64,000 bases of DNA from Hormiphora californensis. Lineage: Eukaryota > Animalia > Ctenophora. Within the stretch, counting starts at the first letter, position 1, and every line of letters starts with the position of its first letter. This document shows positions 25,710 to 63,170 of this stretch, piece by piece. The position numbers and the translations under genes were made by a program. The notes under the pieces are model-generated. The model was not told the DNA's origin. It did no database searches and was given only the letters and a program-made list of their open reading frames with translations. The stretch is from the NCBI GenBank assembly GCA_020137815.1, contig CM035358.1:3472001-3536000 (forward strand). Reading direction: 5' to 3'.

Positions 25710-25818
25710 CAGGAACCGACCGAATCCGGAAATACTGGTCCCTGATTGGCTGATAACCAGTCACGTGACCTAAATAACGAGTTCTGATTGGTTGTTTACT
25801 TGTTTCGGTCGGTTCCTG
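25710..25818. mobile_element. 109-bp hAT-type MITE, copy 1
   Basis: CAGGAACCGACCGAA TIRs; flanks CTGGAGAT/CTTGAGAT (7/8 match). Confidence 0.85.
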
Positions 25819-26442
25819 CTTGAGATGTATCCTCGTCTTCCAAACCACTCTTCCTGAAACATGATTAGAGCTGAAAAATATATCTAGAAATCTATTACAC
25901 AGAATTATCCATTCTTCACTCAAAGGAACGAGGCTTTTGGGGCACAATTTTAGTTACTAGGGGATCTTAGTCTTTCAGACTTGAGGTTAAAATTTACATA
26001 AACTTAAAGTTTAGAAGTTGACCAGATGTGGCCGCATTGTCGTTTTGGGAATGAAAACAGGGTCTGGGACCGCCAGGAAAGCAAAAAGTGATACTGATAC
26101 ATTTCATACTTTCCCTCCCATGAATTTGAAACTAAACCTCGTTCCTCTTACACTGAAAACTGGCCAAATTCACAAGGTATGATATTCATATTCATAATAT
26201 GGGCTAACGAACAAATATATACGTAGTTGGACAAAATAACAGCTCACACACTGTTGCTATGTAAACCAGTAAACAAACAAATCAGAATCAAAAACGTATT
26301 AGTTCAGCTCACTGCAGGCCATATAACACTCGCTTCAAAATTTTGTTGCGTATCAAAATTTTTATGCTGTGCTAGTTACTCGTAAAAAATATGAAAATAA
26401 AACAGTTAAAAAATGATCGTGATGTTTAAAAGGGGCCTACTA

Positions 26443-50834
<24,392 letters not shown>

Positions 50835-51118
50835 CTCTTTCTTCTGTCACCTGACCACTTCAACCATTGCTCAGGGTGCCATATGATCTGTACTAGAGTT
50901 ATGTTAATTTGGAGTTTTGCAGAACTGGAATTCTGGGGATTGTAACATTTGTAATTTCAAGTAAAATAAAAAGTGGAACAAAATGGAACTGTAATTTTAT
51001 CATTGTCAAAATTCACGGATTCAATTGTTAAAACCTCATTTACATTTTACATAACACGAAAAAACAAAACATACCAACATTCAACTAGATACCCTAACAA
51101 AACCCTATTAAAAGTGTT

Positions 51119-52875
51119 CTAAACATCATACACCTCACTTTTCCTCTTATTCAGGCCCAAAGATTCCACCAGTGGTTTATTAAGAGTCTCATGAGTGAGG
51201 GATCGAGCCACTAAACACGACACCGCAGTAGCACATCCCGCTGCAAATATAAACAAACTAGGAGCATGTCTCACCAAATATTCCACAAGGAAGGCCGATA
51301 TAAACCCACCAGTACTGTCTGCAGTCCACAGGATACCAATTGAGACACCTCTCAGGGTGGTGGGGAAGAACTCCGAGGTGTAGAGGACAAGTACAGATCG
51401 GGAGGCAGCGATGGTGTTTAGAGCGACCCCTATGGTGAAGGAGAAGAGAGCTGAACCACCTGTTACCTGACTGGATATGATCATGAAGATAGAGGAGATG
51501 AAGAGACCAGTGGAGAGACTGTAGATCCGACCCCGGGATTGACTGAGGCACAGAATGGCAGGATGGATTATGAGGTCGGGGAGAAATGTAAAGACCATCC
51601 GACGGTAACTCGATTTGGACATCAGCACACAATCATCACCATCACCTTGGTTACCATGGTTACCATGGTGGTGATGGTGTTTATCACCCATTAGGTAGGG
51701 TATTGAGCAGTGAACGGCACCCACAAACAACCCCTTCATAGCGAGTATAAACATCAACCTGAGGGTCACGCTCCGAAGGTGCGGCCGGAACAGATCTCCA
51801 TACGTACCCGGGGTTTCCTCCACCTTCCTCTCCTGACGGAGTGAGAAATCAGTTGGAATGTCCTTGGAATTCAACTGGAATAACCTTCTTAGAACTACCT
51901 CTGCTTCATCCAACCTCCCTTTGACACAGAGGAATCTTGGCGAGTTGCCAAGATTGTAAAACAACACAAACTCCGCCAAGATGGGAACCACAACAAACAT
52001 CTGAACCGTTCTCCAACCGTGATCTTCGTAGAATTGTCCTATAAAGGCGCCCGTGCTGGCACCTAGACACCCAGCCAGACCGAAGAAGACCTTGACCAGA
52101 AAGCGCCGGTTGGTTGGAGTTACTTCCAGGGCGAAGGAGTGGGCAGAGGGCATAACGAGGCCGAATGCCATCTTGGTAATTCCATGACAGATTGTATATG
52201 GGAGGAAGGAGGTGATGTGAAGGGTGGTGAGTAGCATCACCGCTTGGAACAACAACCCTGGGAAGGGGGGGGGGGTGTGAAATGTGAATAAATTTAATTG
52301 TTCAGTACAGCTGCCGTGTAAAAAACATTAAAAAATATCATAATCACAATACTCACTGTATCATGATATCATCTCAATGTCCATCTCTTACCGTAAAGGA
52401 TGGAGCGTCTCCTGCCCATTCTGTCACCCATTTTACCACCAAGTAGGCCACCCAGACAGAATGATAGCTTCGTTACGAACAAGTATAATGATGCCTCCAG
52501 GCTATCCAACCTGAGATATAGTGCTACTAGATAGTGCTACTAGATCAGAATGCTTGGATATGAATAAGATGAGGATGTGATTATCATGTTCATGATAGAC
52601 ACACCGGACACCCTCATCTCATCTCCTCGATAAGTCCAAATAAAATAGGCACTGTACCTTGGCCGCGTTAATAAGGAAGAAATATTAATACATTATCTCA
52701 TTTGAAATCATAAACTCACAAACCTGAAATCACATTTTATAAGAGGCAGTAGTATTCCATCGCTAACTAGACATAACAGTTCCAGATAAAATATTGTGCT
52801 ACTGGCTGCTATGTAGAGAAACTGTGCAGGACCAAACCCCGCTGCCTCAACCGCACTATCCACACTGTACTTCAT
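51119..52875 (-). CDS. SVOP/SLC22-like MFS transporter; exons 52875-52724, 52510-52392, 52257-51119
   Basis: N-terminal YSVDSAVEAAGFG (SVOP-like), motif A GKMGDRMGRR, SPRFL, YTSEFFPTTLRG, terminal ET motif. Confidence 0.85.
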
Positions 52876-53171
52876 TGTTATCGGGTTGATATAATATATC
52901 GAGCCAGGCAGTTTGAGTTATGATAAGATGTGAGATAACCAGATTTAGTTATTTCTTTGACACTCTCATCCTGTTTATTGTCATGCTGATTTAGGACCGA
53001 AGTTGTCAGGGAGCATGAAATTTGCAAGAAAAATGTTACAAAAAGAAAGACATTTATTTTGCAATAACATTCCCAATGCAAAAGTAGAATCAATCAAATA
53101 AACTTAGTCTAACTTTAAACAAAAACAAAATATAATTTTCCCTCTGAGTTCATCACTTCAAAACATTCGAT

Positions 53172-55304
53172 TTACAGTTCTTCATTATCATGCTGCTGTT
53201 TTGCCTTCGCCCTTTTCTCCTTGTGCTCCTTCTCCAGCTGCTTCAACCGATCTCTCTCTTCTTCCTGTTGCTTGATCAACCTGAGTTGCAACATTGAGTT
53301 AGCCACTGGGGTGCAATACAACAACATAATGTACAACTCGAGAGATAACTAAGTACTAAGAAGTAAGACTTATCAGGATATATTCTGTCTCATACTTTAC
53401 TTACTTGGTCCGTTTTAGGAGATGATATGATCCAAATTTGACGTTTTTCCTCGAGTATCCAGGCATATAGAATGCCCTGGCGAGCATCTTGGATTTTGCT
53501 GAGTTTAGGAATGGATGGGTCTTGATTGAGGTCCATCCCGCCTTGGTGTTGTATCTAGGTTCTAGTGGTGATTCGACACCCAGATCTAGATCTACTAGAT
53601 AGTCACACTGCCTGTGAGAGGGGACGAGGGTCAGAGACACAAACAACTCCATGATGTTTTGGACCAGGTCCTTGTGCTAAACACGACATAGTGTCCCAGC
53701 AAACGATCAACAGAGTTGTTAGAATTGTTCTCTTTGGAAAAAAAACTGTCTAATACAAATTTCGGAACAATATAACGTACTTGATGTTAACATAAACAGA
53801 GGGTTCCTCTTTGTTTCCGTCATTCTGATCTCTCCTGTGAGCGTATGTCCCATTCACGTTCTCATAAAACCTCTGGGGGAGCTGTCCGGTGAAACTAGAC
53901 TTTATAAACCTGGCAGTGAGCTCCCTCTGGAACAAAGAAGCTGCTGGGGAAGCGGTACCACTCCTTTCCAAGGCATATCACGGCTCCAGGTTCCTGGATT
54001 TTGTAGACATCTTTGTACAAGATCATGGGCGCCCTGTAGTAGGATTCCAGAGCGGCAATCCGGGCAATGGAGAGACCAATGAAAATAATGAAAAACCCGG
54101 AGATATTCAGAATGCTGGCCTCCTTCATGTGCTTGTAAAAGTACCCGAAACAAAATGCAGTGGATTTCCACACTATATAAAGGACTACCGAAGCAGCGAG
54201 GGATATCAGCGGATAGACAGGAAACAGGAAACGTTCCTCCTTGTGGGGTGCCATGAACATTATCGCAAACCACACGTACATTGGGGCGAGCAGGTAGCAT
54301 ATCTTGGTCTTTATATCTTTATTGAAATATTGGAAGGCAGCATAGGCAGGTAGCGACACCAGGGCCAACAGGAAGGCAAAGTTGAAGTTCAGGAACCCGT
54401 TGGTGATGTAAAATGACAGAGGTTCTGTACCGTAAAGTTCCGATCCGTGGGGGTTGAAGACGTTGTAAATAAGAATGTTGAGGGGAGTGATGGTCAGTTT
54501 CCGATAAAGCATTAGATCCACTATAATAACAGGTGAAATGGTGTAAACAAGTGCAACAAGGAAATGCTCGGCAAACTTCCGAAACTGCCCATTTTTAACG
54601 ACAATATCCCAAACAATGGGGATACCCAGAACAGCGACAAAGGGCCACCCGACGATTGCTCCCACTGCGATCCATAACACAGCGGACTGGTTAGACCCAT
54701 CCAGCCAGGCGGAGTAGGCAAGAGTTACAGAGTACATAGCGAAACTGCTGGGAAGGAATGCAGTGCTGGATATAAACATGCCCGGGGCGAAGAGGGAAAT
54801 GAGCAGCCAGCAATTCCCGATAAAAGAACCAAACTTCCGATAAACTGAAGAGTAGAACTGGTCCTCTGCAACGGCACAAAATGTGGCAAGGAAGATCCGG
54901 ATTGCATAGAACACAAAGACCTTCTGTTTTAGAACAAAATATAGGGCCTTAGCAAGGAAGGCATGCATTCCAACATAAAGATAGGAACGCAGGGCGAACT
55001 TAGGGTTGTACTCCCACGTTTGAAATCCTGATTTGAATGCAAGGTAATGGGTCGGCTCCCAAAAATTATACGTCTCATCGCAATCTGTTATATGACTGGC
55101 AATGGCAGCATATATCCTGACCAACAACAGTGAGCAGAAGACGAATTCGGTATACGGGACGGGCTTTTGTAGTTCGGCCTTTTTCTCTGCAGCCTTCAGG
55201 GTTTGCTTCTGCTGCAAGGACTGGAGGGTCTTCCTGTCATTTTCGTATTTCATTTTACTCGTTCCATACGATCTGTTCCATCGTTTCTCAAGCTCGTCTG
55301 CCAT
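53172..55304 (-). CDS. ALG9: Alpha-1,2-mannosyltransferase ALG9; exons 55304-53781 (+1 frameshift ~53918), 53611-53405, 53280-53172
   Basis: ITDCDETYNFWEPTHYL, QTWEY, AFLPSSF, GWPF, PHKEERFLFPVYP, CLGKEWYRFPSSFF, then RFIKS and CDYLVD in the shifted frame and next exon. Confidence 0.95.
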
Positions 55305-55526
55305 TCTTTTACTGTGGCAATCGAAAAATGGTCAATAAGAAATTGGAATTTGGACCAAAATCCAAATAAATAATATTACAACCAAGTTATTTCTATGTCA
55401 TACATTAGGTACACACAGGCTGACCCAATCCAACCCACAGGAGTTTGAGAGGCAGAACTTAGAAGGAGAAAAGTCCGAAAAGAAAAGAAACTGAATTTTA
55501 AAGAAAAGAAAACAAACTTTTGTAAA

Positions 55527-55725
55527 GTCGGATTTTTTGAAGTTGTCACCCCAAAATGACCGCGCATGTGAAATTTATCAATTTTGACGCACACACCACA
55601 CGCGTGTGGTGTGTGCGTCAAAATTGATAAATTTCACATGTTAACGTGTACACGTTAACATGTGATGTGACGCGCAAAAACATTCCGCGCACGAAAAGGG
55701 GGGTGACAACTTCAAAAAATCCGAC
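55527..55725. repeat. Fold-back family C core with internal 76-bp perfect palindrome
   Basis: GTCGGATTTTTTGAAGTTGTCACCCC arms; palindrome ~55565-55640 centred on CACGCGTG. Confidence 0.8.
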
Positions 55726-56137
55726 AATAAGTTTGAAAGTTTTTTTAGAAGTTGAAACTTGAAAATCAGGAACGCGCAATAGGAGAGCGGCGCGCGCGTG
55801 AATATGATTGATAGCGCTGCATTTATTACTCCGCAAGCTTTCCAGGTTTTAGTTTTACGCCGTGTGATACTAAATCCTTAATCACGATCCGTCCAACTTT
55901 TGGTATCGTCGCTAATCACATAATTGCTAGCACTGTATGTTTGTAAGAAAATATCACTGTTTTTCAGCAAAACTCTTGATCATTCTCCTCCTAAAATTCC
56001 TTAAAATGTCCCATGTTTCCAGTTTGGTACCTACCTAAATGTCGAGCACTATCAATAGATTGAAAGTTGATAACAAACTTTTTGAAGCTAGTTATTATGA
56101 ACTGATGATGTAGCTCTAGAACGATACATACTCCAAC

Positions 56138-59100
56138 ATGCATCCCATCTTCATGGAAGACGATGTCGGGTCACCCTTCAGCATCCCTTCACCACCATCT
56201 ACATCGTCAAACTCAGAATCAACTTTTCAGTTCTCCGGCACACTTAAAGGTTACACCGCTTAACCACAAACAGTCATTGTAATCTTCTAACTCCTCTCAT
56301 CTACATGTTCAATATTATTTTTTATTAAGTTGTTTCGTTTTCACAGGACCAGGTCTTGATTGGTGTGTTGAATTTGAGTGTAGCTCCCATGGGGGCCTTG
56401 TTATTGAACCTCCAATTCAAATTGAGGGAAACACATCTACCGCCAACTGGTTTGGAAATCCCAAAATAACTCATGTAAGTGACAGTCAATCGGGTTTTTA
56501 TAGTAAAGGGGTTTAGAAGAATTATGTGTATAATTCAAGTTTTTATGTTGTTTATGTTAATTGTTTTGTTCAAACCCTTCACGGTGCCCCTTAAGGACGT
56601 TCCACCTCGACCGAGTCCCCCAGCAAAACGAACGGTTGTGTGACCTAAAGGGGACCTCTGGGAACTACGGAGGACCGTGGGGGAAAAGATTTAAAAGTAG
56701 CCTAAAAAATTAAAACGATAGAAAGATAGCTATCGTTTTTTTCACTTTGAAAATACGACATTTCTTTAACAAAATCCTTGATCAGGAAGATGCAAGTGTC
56801 TCCCACCTATTTTTTGACGTAGAATCGAATGCCGTTGAAGTCAAATCTCTAAAATGTTAGAAAAATGGTGAAAATCGCGTTTTTAGGTGTTTTTTGGTGA
56901 AAAAAGCGTTCAAACTGGTACTAGATGATGAGATAGAGTCCCAAAAGTATGACAAATCGCTTTTTTGGGACCTTTTCGCCCTAGAAGCAGATTTTTATGA
57001 AAATCTGGTTCAGCGCCTATTCTCTGTATATAGCGATTGCGGCAAATGAATGTGAATAAACGTTTACCAAACCCACTTCATCATCATGTATGGCTCTTGC
57101 ATAGTCCAGTAGCCCAGAGATAGGTCATACATGATGCTAAAGTGGGTTTGGTCAACGTTTATTCACATTCATTTGCCGCAATCGCTATATTTTGGCTATT
57201 TCCACCTACTTCAGAGGCCTACCGAGAGGAAACGTATCATCCGACCGCCATGCAAATTTGTTTCTAGGACGGAAAAGACCCAAAACATCGATTAGTTATA
57301 TTTTTGGGCCACTATCTCATCATCTAGTACTGTTTTGGATGACTTTTCTTCAAAATTGGCTAAATTAGAGCAATATTCACCTTCTTTGAAAGTATACAGA
57401 GAATAGGCGCTGAACCAGATTTTCATAAAAATCTGCTTCTAGGGCGAAAAGGTCCCAAAAAAGCGATTTGTCATACTTTTGGGACTCTATCTCATCATCT
57501 AGTACCAGTTTGAACGCTTTTTTCACCAAAAAACACCTAAAAACGCGATTTTCACCATTTTTCTAACATTTTAGAGATTTGACTTCAACGGCATTCGATT
57601 CTACGTCAAAAAATAGGTGGGAGACACTTGCATCTTCCTGATCAAGGATTTTGTTAAAGAAATGTCGTATTTTCAAAGTGAAAAAAACGATAGCTATCTT
57701 TCTATCGTTTTAATTTTTTAGGCTACTTTTAAATCTTTTCCCCCACGGTCCTCCGTAGTTCCCAGAGGTCCCCTTTAGGTCACACAACCGTTCGTTTTGC
57801 TGGGGGACTCGGTCGAGGTGGAACGTCCTTAAGGGGCACCGTGCCTTTTATAAGGAGGGTCCTGGGTCAAACAAGGCAAATGTCAACTAGATTAGAATAA
57901 TTTATTTTCTCTGTTGCAGGACAAATCTAAGTTCATGTGTAGCTCATGTTACCTCCTCCTGCTGCAAGCCTACACTCCGCCAGACGACGGTTAGTAAACA
58001 CTAAACAGATCTAGATACATACCTTTTTACATATATCAGCTAGTCAGGCACACATTGCTGCTTTACAGCCAGGTTTTTCCTTGCTCGACCCCTCTCTCTC
58101 TCCGTTTTGAACAAAACAAGGTACTAACAACTAACAAGGTACTAACAACTAACAAGGTACTAACAACTAACAAGGTACTGACAACTAACAAGGTACTGAC
58201 AACTAACAAATCTCCTTAGAGGACCTTCAGTATGGGTTTGAGGTTACCTTTGAGCTGGTGGTTCAGGCTGTGCTATCTGGGGAGGAGGAGACGGTTAGAA
58301 AGTACCTAGCGAGTAAATCTCCTGTTAACAGGCGAACTGTAAGTGTACCACCACTGATACACAATCTGACGCAATATTGTACATTGTACAGGGTGTCCCA
58401 CTGACATTGTACATTGAATGTACACTGAATGTATGTTTTAGGTATCTTGAGCATGATTCAGTAACAACTCGAGTTGTACATTCATACATCAATCCTACAG
58501 ATATTAAACGAAGTAGATGATGCTGGTCTCACCCTTCTACATTTCGCTGTTATAACTGGACGGTCAACTTCAATAGCCAAGTCAGTACCGGAATAATCGT
58601 CTATAAACTTCTCTTTTTGTCAGTATGTTTGTCCGTGTGTTCTCTATGTCAGTCAGTTCTGTTTCCCTCGTTTTTCTCACTGTATTTACACCGTGTCCAG
58701 GTGTTTGGTAGAGGAGGGATGTAGAGTGGATCCCAAGGACCGATGTGGAGTGTCACCATTACATTGGGCATGTTACCATGGTGACAGCGATGTTGTATCT
58801 CTCCTTCTTTCAAAGGATGCTAATGTGTTTACACGTGACGCCACAGGTAACAATACACGTTACAATCAGAACAATGTCGGGAGTCACTTTATTATTTTTA
58901 GGAGAAGTGAGAACAGTAATGAAATACCCTCCCTACTTGTCTCATATAAGACCGGTCCTCTTCGCGTGGTGTACACTATGCAGCGTGTCTGACAACTCCC
59001 TACACAGGTCGATTACCAGTCCACTACGCAGCACTCTCCTCGACTACTGGCCAACACTCTACCATTACCAAGCTCTCTGAACAGAAACAGTTCTCCGATA

Positions 59101-61311
59101 CCCAGATAACAGACCTAACTGACTTCACACCTCTACAGTATGGACTTCTTGCACGGTCTTCAACACCCACTATTGAGGTGTTGTTAAACGCCACTAAGAA
59201 ACTATCAACTAACAATGGTAAGGATTCATTAAATATTTAATTGGTTAATTAGTTAATTAATTAATCAGTATGAAGTCACATATTAACTTTATAACTGGGA
59301 ATTGGGTTCCCAGATAAACTAAATACAGTCAGACCCCGATTTAGTGGCAGGATTTCCCCCGATGTAGGAAATTAACATTATTTGACCCCGATATAGTGGC
59401 ACCCCGATTTATTGGCAGGATTCCCCCCCCCCCCCCCCCCCCGAGGATGCCACTAAATCGGGGTCCGAATGTATCGCCATCTTAATACCTGCAATATCCT
59501 TTCAGTTGAGAGCTCCTTAGCTGTCTACACTGGAGAACCAACGATTGTATCCCTCATATCCAGTCGGATACAATACCCCATGGACCCCCTAGTTACCATA
59601 GGCAACCACAGAGTGCGGTATATTTCCATAGCAACAGTTAGAAAAGCATTCCCCTTGAAGCAGATTTGTCTTGGTAAGCTCCTCTCAGCACAGATTTCAA
59701 GTCATACTATTTACTAGCCAGTGACCACCCAACCTTTTAAACTCGTATATCCGAATAAACTTGACATGTGGGCTATAGCGATCCTACTATATCTTACCAG
59801 TACCTCAGCCCTATACCCAGCCGGAGAATAGCTAAACATTGAGCTTGCTCAATGCGTGTGTGTGTGTTTACTCATACTATTTACCATTAAAATGGCGACT
59901 TTTTGATGCTCAATCATCAAAATTCAAAACCTGAACTGCACATCCCCCCCCCCCTCACAGATGAAGATGTGACTGCAGATGACTGGCAGAACCTGACTGT
60001 TGCTGAGCTGGCCTCTCAACTTAGTAAGTCTAGACATGGCCAGTGAGTACCAATAATAGTGAATCTTGTTCAGACTATCAATGATGAGATCTTGTTCAGG
60101 ATTAAATAGGGAGGAAAATTAGAAAAATATCTGGCGAGGGCCGGGCTCGAACCGACAACCTCTGGGTTTCGCGTCCATTGCTCTACCTTCAAAAGGTAGA
60201 GCAATGGACGCGAAACCCAGAGGTTGTCGGTTCGAGCCCGGCCCTCGCCAGATATTTTTCTAATTTTCCTCCCTATTTAATCCTGAACAAGATCTCATCA
60301 TTGATATTTAACCAATCCATTCTTCCACAACCGTGATCTGCCCGCTGTATGTTTCCCCTTCACTGTTGTACAGTAGGGCGTGTATGTGTGAGAGAGAAAG
60401 TGAGATTAGCAGCCAGAGAAGATATTAAAAATCTTGTTCCGACTTGTTCAGACTATTTTGTTTCCGACAACAACACAAACGTCACAAGCACAATCATACA
60501 GACCGATGATACACTGTTTGTCCTTAGAATTAGGGAGAATGCACTTTTAATTTCTGTTCAGATATGAATTCTGCGATAAAACAGTGGGATAAATTCATAA
60601 AGTCAGCCGACGAGAAAAACGTTGAACTGTTGAACAAGTTACTTGATCGTAAGTTTTTAGCCACTGTTCCATAATATAGTGGTAAAATATATTTACTGAA
60701 AGATGAAATATAAACAGAAACATGTTTTGTTCTGCAGGGAAGGTCAAGTCAGCAGAATACCAGGGTCTGTCTCTCATTCACCTCGCTTCTCTATTTGGTG
60801 AGTTTCTACTGATCTAGATTACTTGACCTGAGCTCAGTTTTGTCGTGCTCGACCCTCTCTCACCCTCAAATATTGTAAAGGAGTTTTAGGACTCAATTTC
60901 GGAGTTTCAGAATTGTATCTCTCTCTCTTCCCACAGGTAATGATACCTTGGTCTCGTTTTGTGTCTCTGGTCGTGGGGATCTCCTAAACAAGGCAGATAC
61001 TAGGACACGGAGGACACCTCTAATATGGGCCGTCCTGGGCAACAATCCCTCAACGGTATACATACAACTAGTACTAGGGCATAGTTTTATAATTACAGTC
61101 GGTCTCCGATCTCCAAAATCCTGATTTACCGGGATCGTAAATCCCCCCTCATTGATTTCGCTAAAAACAATTTCCCACTCATCCTGATGAAACTCCTCCT
61201 ACCCCAGGTGTCATTGCTTCTGGAAAGTGGCTGTGACGTAGTGAACAAAGATAAATACGAGAGATCGGCCATCTCATACTGTGTCATAAACGGTTGGGAC
61301 AACTTAACAAA
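56138..61311 (+). CDS. Multi-exon ankyrin-repeat protein (3' end unresolved, may continue beyond 63.2 kb)
   Basis: Exonic ankyrin motifs: DDAGLTLLHFAV (~58520), DRCGVSPLHWACYHG (58740), DFTPLQYG (~59120), GRTPLIWAV (~61010), ERSAISYC (~61260), each with GT-AG flanks. Start codon tentative. Confidence 0.7.
56580..57843. mobile_element. Chapaev-type fold-back, ~450-bp arms
   Basis: CACGG...CCGTG termini, 4-bp TSD CCTT; shares ACGTAGAATCGA.TGCCGTTGAAGTC.AATCTCTAAAATG with the 45247 element. Confidence 0.85.
58115..58208 (+). repeat. 18-bp tandem repeat AACAAGGTACTAACAACT x~5
   Basis: Direct. Confidence 0.9.
59326..59471. mobile_element. Tc1/mariner-type MITE, diverged member of the 2411 family
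   Basis: TA-CAGTCAGACCCCGATTTA...TAAATCGGGGTCCGAATG-TA. Confidence 0.7.
60078..60304. mobile_element. TA-flanked 227-bp perfect hairpin containing two back-to-back tRNA-derived segments
   Basis: 112-bp arms with a 3-nt loop; each arm reads outward GGTAGAGC...AGGTT GTCGG TTCGAGC CCGGC CCTCGCCA GATATTTTT. Confidence 0.85.
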
Positions 61312-61325
61312 GTGAGTCTATGTAT

Positions 61326-61434
61326 CAGGAACTGACCGAATCAGGAAATACTGGTCCCTGATTGGCTGATAACCAGTCACGTGATCTAAATAACGAGTTC
61401 TGATTGGTTGTTTACTTGTTTCGGTCGGTTCATG
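61326..61434. mobile_element. 109-bp hAT-type MITE, copy 4
   Basis: Perfect 8-bp TSD CTATGTAT. Confidence 0.9.
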
Positions 61435-61867
61435 CTATGTATATAACCGAGCCGATGTGACACGGGCTTTGAATATTTCTATCTTTTCCGAAACCATGAT
61501 AGTTGTCATGGAAACTTCTAAATTCTAATTCTAAATCGAAACGAGATCTAGTTTGGATTAGTTGAAGCTCTAACACTGTCGAGCACTTTCGCCAGCATCT
61601 CTTCACAGAGTAAATTCTAAATTCTAAACATCTCCCGCAGTTTGAGCTACTCTCTGGAGTTGATAACTGCATTTTGTGACAAGTTCCTCCCCCGTAACTC
61701 CATATATGCCGCCATTCTACACTGCTCAGGCAAGGTTTGTTCAAATCCAACTATAGAACTTAAAGTTGGTACCTCTGCTTTTCCAGCGCAATGATAGATT
61801 AGAACACACAACATAAATACGGGTTTTTTATATCAAGGAATTAATTTAGAGTAATCACCTACATTAA

Positions 61868-63170
61868 GGGTACACCTGGCGTTTTTCATCATCGAGTGCC
61901 CAACCAAATGACTTCACCAGGGTTTAGGGCATACAAAATGGACTTCAAATATGCAATTTTAGCCCTAAAGTCGAATTCATATTTTTGCTACAGCCTAGTT
62001 TCAAAGTGGCGTTTTTTCAATTTTTGTTGAAATTTTTAACCTCAGGACCACTTTTTTTGAGATAGAAACATTAAATTCTTGGAATTTGAAGAGAATATAA
62101 AGGTGAATAAGCCCAAAGAAGGATTTTTGAAATGGAGCTTATTTCTGGCCATGAGAACGGTTTACTTTTTTGCTTCTTTGACACGCTGGCTGAGAATGTT
62201 CCCATGCTTCATTAGAGATGAAAATCTGGAAATAATTGTTCAAAACGATTATCTATGTGGCCCAAAAATTTTGGAACTTTCCCGCCAAAGATGTGGTGTA
62301 CAGAGCTTTTTTTGTGAAACCTGTCTTTTTGAATAAGAGGGAAATTCCCTGTATCTCAAAAACGGATGATCGTAGAGACCTGGGACTAAGCTTAATCGAT
62401 TCAGAAGGTCCGATTTTGGGGGGGTCTTCTGAGAGACATTTTGCTCCTACTCCAACCGATTTTGCTGTAATTGCGAAAAAGGTATCAGCAAGTAAGGGGG
62501 AAATCAGCCCGATGCAGGCTACTGGAATAGAGTTGTTTCCTCTTTTCATAGAATTGGTTTTTTGCAATTACAGCAAAATCGGTTGGAGTAGGAGCAAAAT
62601 GTCTCTCAGAAGACCCCCCCAAAATCGGACCTTCTGAATCGATTAAGCTTAGTCCCAGGTCTCTACGATCATCCGTTTTTGAGATACAGGGAATTTCCCT
62701 CTTATTCAAAAAGACAGGTTTCACAAAAAAAGCTCTGTACACCACATCTTTGGCGGGAAAGTTCCAAAATTTTTGGGCCACATAGATAATCGTTTTGAAC
62801 AACTATTTCCAGATTTTCATCTCTAATGAAGCATGGGAACATTCTCAGCCAGCGTGTCAAAGAAGCAAAAAAGTAAACCGTTCTCATGGCCAGAAATAAG
62901 CTCCATTTCAAAAATCCTTCTTTGGGCTTATTCACCTTTATATTCTCTTCAAATTCCAAGAATTTAATGTTTCTATCTCAAAAAAAGTGGTCCTGAGGTT
63001 AAAAATTTCAACAAAAATTGAAAAAACGCCACTTTGAAAATAGGCTGTAGCAAAAATATGAATTCGACTTTAGGGCTAAAATTGCATATTTGAGGTCCAT
63101 TTTGTATGGCCTAAACCCTGGTGAAGTCATTTGGTTGGGCACTCGATGATGAAAAACGCCAGGTGTACCC
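61868..63170. mobile_element. Kolobok-type fold-back, ~610-bp arms
   Basis: TTAA on both sides; GGG...CCC (RR...YY) termini fit Kolobok rather than piggyBac. Confidence 0.8.

Noticed and set aside
60193-60260. Functional tRNA gene
   Set aside because: 5' acceptor strand and first D-stem strand are missing, and the anticodon stem is mismatched.
62079-62959. Identical ORF pairs on opposite strands (also 6.3-6.9k, 8.0-9.0k, 46-48k)
   Set aside because: By-products of palindromic arms; no transposase motifs.
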